Below are positions 49,567-60,700 of a stretch of DNA of 64,000 nt, one piece after another. The notes beneath the pieces were generated by a model. The model ran no database searches, was not told the DNA's origin, and was given only the letters and a program-made list of their open reading frames with translations. The number at the start of each line of letters is the position of its first letter. Within the stretch, counting starts at the first letter, position 1. Source of the stretch: Mytilus edulis (taxonomy: Eukaryota); assembly GCF_963676685.1 (NCBI RefSeq), contig NC_092347.1:72044001-72108000 (forward strand). The letters run 5' to 3'. Position numbers and translations under genes: made by a program.

Positions 49567-52500
49567 CTAGTGATAGTCCATGTACTCTTCTTCTATGTCC
49601 AGATCTAATTCTTCTTCTGTTTCTTTTTCCACTACTATTCTGCAATCTTCTGTTTGAACCTCTGTCTCTATCTTGACAACTCTCCTCGTCTGGGTGGCTG
49701 TTGTTGCAAGCACAACCCGCTTATCCTCCGTTTGCGTAGACGATTGTTGAAGTTGAAGCTCTTCTGTCTGTGTGTCCTTTGACTTCAAACTGTGAAAAGA
49801 TGGGTCTGGTATTCATGTAGCAGACAGTTTGTATACTGTTCCATCGGGCAGAATACACTATTTGTCTTTCCTTAACCAACCATATCCTGTTGGCAATACA
49901 CTGCATGTATTGTTGAGAATAGTTCGAAGTTATAACGTTACGTTTCCCGTATTTACGTTCACATGTTTGTGACGTTTCTTACACCTTGTATGGGCTTCGC
50001 CATTGTAAATATTATACGCAAAGTAAACACAACGCAAAGTACATATACGACTTACTTAGTTTATTCCACCCATGTATGGTGCCGTAACCATTGGATAAGA
50101 TAGACAGCAAGCTAAAAGCAGTCAGAGCTGGTCACAAAGGTGCAGTAAAGAGACTTTTACGGAAAACGGAAGACGATTCAAACTTGGACAATGAAGAAAG
50201 TGCTGAACTTTTAGAAACATTAATTCAAAAACAGAAAATTATTAGTGCATTGGACGAAGATATTATGAATTCTTTAAAGGAGGAGGACATCGAGGAAGAA
50301 ATTCTTAATGCAGATGAGTACAAATTCTTTTTGAACACCAAAATACGACATTTACGGAAAACATTCGTAAACAAATCATGTACTGATAATGATATCCCAC
50401 AGCATGATCACGCATTACCTTCTCACACTTTTGAAAACATTAATCAACACAGTTCTGTTCCGTACACAACACAAATGTATCCCGTTCAGCAACCTAGCAA
50501 CCAAAATCACCATTTGCCGAAACTTACACCACCCATGTTTAACGGAGAAATTCTGACTTTTTGGGACTCTTTTGAATCTTCCGTCCATTACAATTTAACA
50601 CTAACAGACGTACAGAAATTTAGTTATTTAAAATCCCAGCTTGTTAATGATGCTGCAAGAACTATTGACGGGTTACCGCTCACAAACTCAAATTACATGG
50701 AAGCTATTAAACTTTTAAAGGAGCGTTTCGGACAATAGCATAAGATTACAAATGCTTATATGCAAGCTTTGCTAGAACTTAGAGCACCACAAAACAACCT
50801 ACTCAGTCTACGTGTTTATTACGACAAGTTAGAGGCATATATAAGAGGTCTTGAATCGTTAGGCCGCTCCGGAGAATCGTATGGTGCATTACTTATTCCG
50901 ATAATACTGAACAAGCTTCCGTCAGAAATACGACATCACTTAGCTCGTGAAAACGGTTCCGATAATTGGGAATTGATTGATTTGAGACGTGGAATTTTGA
51001 AAGAAATCACTATAATTGAAGCTGGACAACGTTCGTCGTCGTTTATGGATTCAATGCAGCCTACCACAATGACCGCGTCGTTTTTGACATGCGCTAATAG
51101 AAAATGTGAACCGAGTAAAGTAGTTACATTCGATAACCGTGAGAGACAAACACAAAATATTCGACAAAAACCTTGCATATTCTGCCAGAATTTACATGAC
51201 CCTGCAAAATGCCCAAATGTTACAGATCACGATACACGCCTATCAATCGTCAAAGAAAAGAAGTTATGTTTTAACTGTTTAGGATCACACCGTTCCGTAG
51301 ATTGTAAATCGAAATTTCGCTGCCGCCAGTGCCATCAAAAGCACCACACAAGTCTTTGCCATAGAAATACCTGTACTAATGATCAGCAGATGTCAGTTAA
51401 TGCCGTAGTTGATGATAGCGAAAATACATTGATCGCCGCAAGTTTTCATTCGTCTGAAGAAAAATCCCGTTCGAACGTGCTTCTAAAAACTGCCGTTGCA
51501 CCAGTTGGGGGAAATCAATATGTTGATACGCACATTTTGTTTGATGAAGGAGCACAGCGCTCTTTTGTTACCGAGGAGTTAGCGTCGAAAATAGATTTAG
51601 AAATACTAGGAACAGAAACCATACATTTATCGGCATTTGAAAGTACCGACAGCAAAGTCCGTCATTTGTCAAGAGCACTTGTATACGTAGAGTCGATAAA
51701 AAGAACGAAAATTCCAGTTGAGGTTCTAGTAGTACCGAACATCGCCAGCCCGTTAAGCAATTACATCGGTAATGGTATACGAGAATTCAAGTACCTGAAA
51801 GGATTACGTTTAGCTTATCCGTTTACAGAAGACAACTCTTCTTTTGAAATCTCCTTGCTCATTGGAGTTGATTTCTATCGGGATTTCGTAGAGGATAGAA
51901 TATTAAGAGGAAATGGTCCAACCGCCGTAAAGTCAAACTTGGTTATTTGTTGTCTGGTCCAATTCCGACGTCTTATCGTCACAGAGTAATGTAGGTATGT
52001 ACAACATATTGACATCGCACAAAGCAGAGGAGTTGAATTTAGAAAGATTTTGGGAATTAGAGTCGTTAGGAGTGGATAGCAATACGACAGATGTTGAAAC
52101 GGTAGACTATATGGAAACAAATCAAAAGTCAGCAATTGAATTCCGAGAAAACAAGTACATAGCAAAGTTGCCATGGAAACCAGATCACGAACCCTTGCCT
52201 ACAAACTTCTTCGTTACGAAACGAAGAACTGAAAACGTCATTCGAAAATTAAGTCAAGATCCCGAAATGCTTAAGGTATATGGACAGATAATCAAGGATC
52301 AAGAACGCCGAGGATTTATTGAGAAGATTAAGGATCCCGATATTAGTAAAGGTATTGTACATTATATCCCGCATCACCCCGTCAAGAAGAAATAAACGAA
52401 GTAACACCATCTGATGAATATGTGGAAGAACCAAACAACGAAGAAATACCGACAAGAACATTGCCCTTGCAGAAGGCATCAATTCTTGCAAAGGAAAGAA

Positions 52501-53508
52501 TAAAATCATGGACTCGTTAAAGTTTAATTCAGATTCCTATTTTTGTGTTTTGAAGAGACAGTAATTCCTGCAAGTGTAAAATTAAATTTCTTTTCTTTAT
52601 TGATGAACATTTAAAGTAATATTTTATTGTTTTGTACATAAATACACTTTGCGGGGCCCAGTATGTTGAGAATAGTTCGAAGTTATAACGTTACGTTTCC
52701 CGTATTTACGTTCACATGTTTGTGACGTTTCTTACACCTTGTATGGGCTTCGCCATTGTAAATATTATACGCAAAGTAAACACAACGCAAAGTACATATA
52801 CGACTTACTTAGTTTATTCCACACATGTATACTTTCCCGTCTTCTTTGCCTTCTCAGCTACTAATAGGCACTTGGAAGCTTCATAGGAACACTGGAAGCG
52901 GGAGGGTGGGGCCTGGAATCTGTCTTCAGGACAGACTTCATCCCCAATAGCAGACAATTCCAAATGCCTAATATCCCTCATAATACTAGTAGCTGTGGAT
53001 GGTTCTGGAGTTGGTTGCTCGGATACCATAATGGGTTCTTCTATGAGCTCTTCCACAGCCTGTCTAGTAGGATAGTCAAATAGATCAACTAGGTTTTTCT
53101 TAACTGGTGACGGGGAGCTATAATCCTCAATTCCAAAAGAAATACTGCAAGGGGATATTTCGGACAGTGGCGAAATAGGTTTTACAGATTTTGTCAGTAT
53201 TGGTGTTGTTGGCGGTGTTCTGGGCCTAGTGATAATGTAGCTTTGTCTTGGATGGGAATAAGATGTTGGCACTGGTTTTCTGGTCGGGGTTTCTGGTGTT
53301 ATGAGTTCTCTGTCTTTAGTTCTGGGGTTCATGATATGTCTGTGAACATTCTTCTCATGTTCCATCAAGCGGAACCTCTTACTTGTAGGTACCAAGTACG
53401 AGCAAAATCTTCCCTGCAGCATCTTCTAAGAATGTTTGTCCCTAACATGTCTGGTCAATTGACTCCTAAGATTATACTGGGCACCACAGTGAAAGCAAAA
53501 AAAGTCAT
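49567..53508 (-). pseudogene. Gypsy accessory ORF (C2H2 zinc fingers + TQT motifs), split by BEL-4: 53508-52826 joined to 49905-49567
   Basis: CFHCGAQYNLRSQLTRHVRDKH, degenerate second finger GRFCSYL...HEKNVH, Pro/Ser/Thr linker; frame continues across the TSD into CSVLPTGYG..LPDGTVYKLSAT*IPDP..KDTQT..SSTQT..TATQT..TEVQT; three in-frame stops. Confidence 0.75.
49911..52825 (+). mobile_element. BEL/Pao element 4, non-autonomous deletion derivative (gag-PR only)
   Basis: 162-bp LTRs 49911-50072 and 52664-52825, one difference by eye; TSD TGTAT; PBS TGGTGCCGTAACCA at 50077; coding ends at HYIPHHPVKKK*, so RT/RH/IN are missing. Confidence 0.96.
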
Positions 53509-53789
53509 CTCAAGTATAAAAATACTGTTTTCAGAATATATTCAATTTTAACACACAGCACAGTTGACCAGTACCCATAATTTTGCTTGCATACTTTGGT
53601 AAGTATTTATACTTAAATTTCTGTTTTTCATTCTATTAAAAAATACTTTTTATTAACACACAGCAATAAACCTCGCTATGATTAATATATATATGAACAC
53701 AGAAAATGCGTTCTTCATTTATTCAAACACATTTACTAACTTTCACATTTCAAATGCTAATTTGAAACACATTTATTTATTTTTCAGAT

Positions 53790-56700
53790 ACCAGCGGCAA
53801 CCACAGTGTTAACAGTTTTGTCAGTTCTTTGGTTTTCTTGTAATGTTCGTTGACCCAGTTTTGAACATCACCAAGAATGGTTTTAGCCTATCATGATGCA
53901 CAATTTGCATTTTAGACGTTGCTGTCTTTTTAATCTTATATATTAAATCCGATATAACTTCTACAACAAAGTATGGTCCATCCCAATTCCTTTGTAACTT
54001 TGGACTCAGTTTTGGCTTTCAATTAAAAGTATAAAGCCATACTACATCGCCTGTCTTGTATGTGTTCTCATGTGCCTTAACATCATACTGACGTTTTTGT
54101 TTGTCACTATTTTTAGAAATATTTTGTCGTGCTTTAGCAGACACTTTCCATATGCCTTCCTGCATATTTTTAACATAATCATTGTGTGATACTGTTTCGT
54201 CGAGATCTTCAATTTCCTGGGGGTGGGGACCATATATCAAGTCAACTGGAAATTGTATTTCTCTGCCTAGCATAAGCATACTAGGACTAAACTTAGTCGT
54301 TTCATGTTCTGATGAGTTGTACGCCATTAAAGCCCAGGGAAGTTGCTCGTCCCAATCCCTTTGATTTTTGCTGACGTATTTACTTATTGTATTTTCAAGA
54401 GTTCTATTATAACGCTCCATTGCTCTGTGGCCTAAATTATGTAGTCCTTGTTTTGTCAATTTTTAACTTAGCACAAAGTTCCTTAAATAAATTGTCTCCC
54501 TTGATCTGAGTGCATTTGACAAGGTATTCCAAATCTACAGAAGAAATGGTTAACTAAATTATCAACTATGGTAGTAGTTTCCATATCTGGCATGGGAAAA
54601 CCTTCTACCCATTTAGTAAAATAATCTGTTACAACCAAAGCATAATTGTTATTTGTATATGAAATCGGTAAGGGTCCTATTATATCCAAGGCAACTCTTT
54701 CTATTGAAGCACCCATATTGTATTGTTTGGGAGGCTGTTTGCGTGAATTGCAAACAATACAGTTTTGCACCCATTTGGTTATTTCATCTTTATGATAAAC
54801 CCAATAAGATCTATGCTGTGCTCTGGCTACAGTTTTGTGTATGCCAAAATGGCCAACTTGTATGTCATCATGTAACATTTTCTTAATATTTTCTTTCCAG
54901 ATTTCAGGGACTATGAATTGTAAATTACTTTCTTCATTGGTAGTGTTCATCCACTTTCGGTACAACACTTTGTTTATTAGTACAATGCGATCCCACTGAG
55001 ACCAGTATTTCTTAAGTTTTACATTGTGTAAAGCCACATCGGCCCATTCAGGTCTGTTGTTATTATCAAGTCAAGCCAAGTTAAAGCTCCATGATCTGTT
55101 CGTACTTTAAAATGTGTACCATAGAGATAGTGATGAAAATGTTTAATGCTTAATATTACAGCCAAAAGTTCTCGTCTTATTACACAGTATTGTCTTTGCG
55201 CTTTACTGAGGGATTTACTGTAATATGCTACTACAACCTCTTTGCCTTCATGAATTTGAGAAAGGACTGCACCAATTCCGAAACCACTAGCATCCGTATC
55301 TAGTATGAATTGTTTTGTCATATTAGGGTAGCCTAAGATTAGTGCAGACATTAAAGTCATTTGGAGTTTCTCAAAAGCTTCATTACATTCATTGGTCCAA
55401 TCAAAAGTACAATTTTTCTCTGTTAATTTATGAAGTGGTCTTGCAATTTCAGCAAAATTTTTAATAAATTTGCGGTAATATGAATATGTTTCTAGAAAAC
55501 TTCGAACATCTATCATTGATTTTGGCAATGGCCATGTTTTACTCAAGCAATTTTATCAGGGTCTGTTGCTATACCCTCACTTGAGACAATATATCCAAGG
55601 AAATAAACTTGTTTCTGAAACAAACTACATTTTTAGGTGAGTCTTTTAGTCCTTGTGGTGCTATTCTATCTAATACATCACTTAGTCTTGATAAATGAGA
55701 TTCAAATGAATCTGAAAACACTATTATATCATCAATATAAACCAGACATGTCTGCCAATTAAGGCCAGCCAAAGTATACTCCATTAGGCGTTGAAAAGTG
55801 GCAACCCAATTACACAGACCCATAGGCATTACGTTAAAATGAAATAGCTCTTTTGTACTAGTAAAAGGAGGGACGGAAGATACCAAAGGGATTGTCAAAC
55901 TCATAAAAAGCTGTTTTCTCCTTATCATTTTCGTCCATCTCAACTTGCCAATATCCACCTGAAAGATCAAGTACACTCAGCCATTTAGAGCCTTTCAGAG
56001 CATCCAGAGAGTCGTCAATGCGGCATAATGGTTATGAGTCCTTAATTGTAAGGCTATTTATGGGTCTAAAATCTACAAATTCTCGTGGAGCCATCTTTCT
56101 TAGTCACAGGCACTATACAAGATGCCCAAGGTCTTTTTGAAGGCTCAATTATTTTACCGTCCAAAAGACGTTGAATTTCTTTATCGACTTCATCCCTTTT
56201 TGTTAGAGGTAAACGCCTAGGGCGTTGCTTAACTGGTTTGGCATTACCAGTGTCAATTTTATGTTTAATGGCAGTAGCCCTTCCTAAATCATCTTTATTT
56301 TAAAAAAATGGTTGATTGTGTCTTTTTTAAAAGAGACTCTAACTGATCAATTTGACCCTCATTCAAAAGTTCACTGCTCCTTAATTTCAAATCTTGCAAA
56401 AGACTAGGTAATTCCTTTACTTCGTCACATGATGATGAACTCAACCGCCTGAGTTTTTCTGACCTTGGTTCATTGAACTCATTTGACTCTTTTTTATACA
56501 ATCTATTTTTGAGTCCTTCAATGATAGTACCCCCTTGCCCATGTCTATGGTACAGTTATTTTTATGTCAATGAAAAAAACGTAACTAATTACTGCTGACA
56601 CATCAATCTCTGCAACAGTATTTTTTTTAATAATGGTATAATTTCCTATTTTGATAGGTAAATCTACATGACCCATTGTATTTACAAAACTACCATCGGC

Positions 56701-57793
56701 CAAACAAAGCCGCTTGCTATTTCTTTGAATTTTCGGTTTAAACTCATTTGGAAGTTTTTCAAACTTTCTAGGGTGTATTACACAAATTGTGGACCCTGTA
56801 TCAATTAAACAATTAACGACAACATCAACAGTAAAACATTTAACAAACAAACTGTCTTGTTTATTTGACTTAATTAAACTAATGGACCTCGAGTCCCTTT
56901 CTTCAACTGCTGGTGAACGGTCCTTATCCCCAGCATTTACCCTGTCTTTGAAAACTGTTATTTGTACTGTTAGATTGTGAATTTTTATTATTAAAATTTG
57001 GAACAAATTTCCGACTTTTGACACAATTGTTTCTTTTGTCCCATTCAAATTTTCTGCATTCTTTCTTAATGTGACCCTTATTCCCACAATAAAAACACGT
57101 CACTCTACTAAAAATTTTACTTTCTTTATTTGTCAATTTCTCTATTTGTTCACTTATCTTCGCAAAGCGAGTAACTACATCATATTCGGCAGAATCATCA
57201 TTTTCGGACAACATGCGTGTTGCCGGTTTGGCATTATTTAATCTCTTTTGATCAACAGTGAAACGCTTCATATTCAAGACCAAACCTTACACAATCATCA
57301 ATTGATTTTGGTTCTCTTCGAGATATTGATAATTGTATTTTTGGATCATTAATTGCACGAACAGAACAGTCTTTGGCTAGTTCATCCCTTATTTTAATAG
57401 GTGCAGTCGGATAAGCTTGTCTAGTTACCCTACGAATTTTTTGTGCCATTTCTGGCAAAGTTTGACCAGGCTTTCTATAAATAGAATTCATTTGTACTTT
57501 GTACTTGATTTGCAGGCTCAAATCGAGATGTCAAAGCAGATACAAAGATAGTCATATTTTAACCTTTTAGCAGGCTCAATATCGGTCACTATTCCTTGTG
57601 CAACTCCACGTAAACTAGCTGCAAGTTCATAAGCTTTCATGCCGTTATCCCACTTATTCACAGTAGATATTAGTTCAAATTGAACTAAAAAGTCTTGCCA
57701 ACTACCTGTTCTGTCAAACGTAATTGTTTTCTTATTTTTGAAATGAACTAAAGGTTCATTTATTTGAGGTACACAACTATTGACTGTTATCAT
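53790..57793 (-). pseudogene. Gypsy gag-pol, copy B (gag, PR, RT, RH, IN with GPY motif)
   Basis: ORFs 57518-57793, 57252-57521, 56924-57283, 56545-57087, 55569-55976, 55019-55546, 54483-55037, 54019-54459; IVHHDRLKPF near 53885. Confidence 0.93.
55868..55903 (-). mobile_element. Ultra-short Penelope-like 3'-end insertion in Gypsy RT
   Basis: gagggacggaagataccaaagggattgtcaaactca between two (T)AAAAG; absent from the paralogous site at ~42700. Confidence 0.88.
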
Positions 57794-60700
57794 TTATATT
57801 AAAAGTTAGATGGGAGTTCTCACTATAAGTTTGACAGTGACGTAGAATGTAGAATTTATCCAACAGTAGTTGCCCATTGTTGAAGGCTGTATATCAACAT
57901 GTAGTTGTTAATTTCTTTGTCACTTGATCTCTTGCAAAGAGTTGTCTTGTTGGCAATCATACCACATCTTCTTTTTTTATATTTCAAAGGAAAAATCTTT
58001 ACTTTATATGATCAGCTTGCTGTAGAGAGTTGATATTATATAGTGTTATTTAGTGTTTTCAGTCATTTTCCCTAATAAGTTCTTTCTGAAGATTAACCCA
58101 GACCTGGTGCTTGATTTGTGACAAGCATTTAAACATGTGGCAGTGTTTAAACATTTTTTAATATATTTACTGTCCCCTTTTTATCTCTGTCAGCTCCATG
58201 AACTAAGTAACAAATAGTACATTATACTCCTAAATAAACATTGTTGAAGGCCAGTTGCCTATAATAAGTTCCATCTAATTCACTTGCACTTTGATGGATA
58301 ATAGTTTCATTGTCAATCATATCACATTTCCTTTTTTATCAATACACAAGTTCTTTAAAAAAATCCAATTATAAGCAATATCATATCATAGAATGTTCCT
58401 GTTTACTGGAAGAAAGATAATTTATGCATGCACAGGCAGCTACTCGATAACAAAAACAAAAGAAGAGTCCAAAATCATCATAGGTCAACTTTGTCAAGAA
58501 AAACTGGCATAAATATTAATACATATAAATGTTTATTTTATTTGTATTTTAATGTTCTTTCATTTCTAAAACATCTACTATCAAGCTAAAAATCGGAACA
58601 ACATTGTATAGACTTAAAAGGAAGCACAAACAACCATAGATTGGTATATTAAAACATCTATTCATTAAAAACCACACAAACATTTTTTTTATCATACATT
58701 CATTTATATCCGAACCAAGAGTTTTATACAATATATATACACTGTAGAATTGTATATGTCTTTAAAACAAAACAAAATGTTTTAAGCTTCTTATTCTTGA
58801 TCATCTATTTCATTTTTCATAAAAACGAACACTGCTCAAATGCATAACTACCAAGACTCCAGGATACTTTCAACTTGTTATTTTATCTGTATATTATAAA
58901 AATATTACATTGGTAAGTAAAAATAGATCATTGACAAAAAATAGCTAAAATGTTTCAAAAAAAATATTCTATCATATCATTAAAGTTTCACATACATATG
59001 AAATAAAAGATTTCTGTTGCAATTAATGATTGAAAAAAATGAATCTAAATAAAAAATTTTCTTCAATCTACTAAACTAATCAATAGTTAAAATTTTTATT
59101 ACACAGCTTTGTTGAAAGAGATGTATCCCAATAAATAAATAAATAAGAAGTTACTTAAAAATCAATACATCTTACTTAGCATTATGCTTAAAAATAATGC
59201 TTAAAAACTGCGACAGCATATCAAATATTGGTTATCTATCATACATTTATATAAATGTAAGTATTAAGATGAAAATACAAGCATTAGTGTACCAAAGTTT
59301 TATACAAAGCACTTCTTTATAAATGAATTAACAGATCTCTATTTAAAAAATGTAAGACCTTAATGAAGTCACTCTCAGGAACAAATGAAAGGAAATGGCC
59401 TTATATTTAAATGTCAATCATTAGTACTATTCTAGAAATTAAAAAAAAAAAATTAACGTCAAAAAATCAATATGCACTTACGATTAAATTTATGCATAGG
59501 ATAAATACAAAAATTAATATTTTTTTACAAAATTGTCTATATAAAAATGTTAAGACTAGAAAACTTAATTTTATCCACTTTTACTTCTTCTTACAGATCG
59601 TAATTGAGTTATTAAAACCAGCTATATGTAGGTGCATGATTGATAAACAGGCCAATTCCCAAAAGGGAATTTAACAGAATTACTGATATAGAAAAATATT
59701 AAAATACTATCTAATATATTTTTCGTTCTTGTAAAATCATTATTGTAACTATTTTTGAACTATGATCACCTAATGGTTTGTAAGATCACAAAAACAGATA
59801 AATTAATAATAATACAGAGAAAATTCATGAAAGATAGATTATGAACTGAACTATTCTTATAACATTTAGTTTTATTCAAGCCATTGGGAAGGTCTTAAAA
59901 CATGATTTCACTGTTATGCATTTACTGGTATAATTTTTGAAGTTTTGGCTATTTTAAAATAAACCTATTAAATAATTACAATACTAAACAAATACATGCA
60001 CTAAGACATGGCTTTTAAAAAGCAATGAGACAAAATATGGAATGAACTAATTACTAATGAGGTAAGAGATTCAGATGGATGTAAGTGATAAATCAGAAGT
60101 AACAATTGATTAACCAAATCGTCAAATGAACTTCTTTGACAAATTCTTGAAAAAAAATGATACTTTGAAAAATGGGAATAAATCAAGCGCCTGTTCAATT
60201 AATACATATATTGGATCAATTGCACATTGAATTCTCTACCATAAGTTGGTGTCAAGTACAATGAAAATCAATAGATCAACGAAAGGGTTATTGCAAGGGT
60301 TCTTTAACATTCTGATAGCATGGCTAATTAAATAGAAAAGAAATAATCAAAATAATACTATATAATTAAAAAAAATTTACCTATAATTTACATGTAGTTA
60401 TGGATTAAAATATCCCACGAGAGATACAACTGTATGAATAAAAAAAGATACCAATATTTGTCAGTTAAAATTACTTTTGTCAGTTATAAACATTTATATA
60501 AGTGACATTTGTCAGTTAACTTAGATTGACTAGGATGATGACTAGCATTATAACCAAAAGTAAATATGTTCTTGTTCAATTTTGATAAAAAAAATATCAT
60601 GTAACAAAATTGAATTGCTCTTGTGAAGATTATGTTATGTTATATATTATATATATACTGTAAAATATGAAATATTTCCATGCATTTATCATATTTTATT

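Larger units (their letters stand above)
40119..57830 (-). mobile_element. Gypsy/Ty3 LTR retrotransposon with internal tandem duplication and two nested BEL elements
   Basis: gag FDRTGSWQDFLVQFE, CFYCGNKGHIKKEC; protease LIDTGS; RT YIDDII (twice); RNase H LDTDASG (twice); integrase ALDIIGP, HSDQG, ERYNRTL, WDGPY. Confidence 0.92.
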
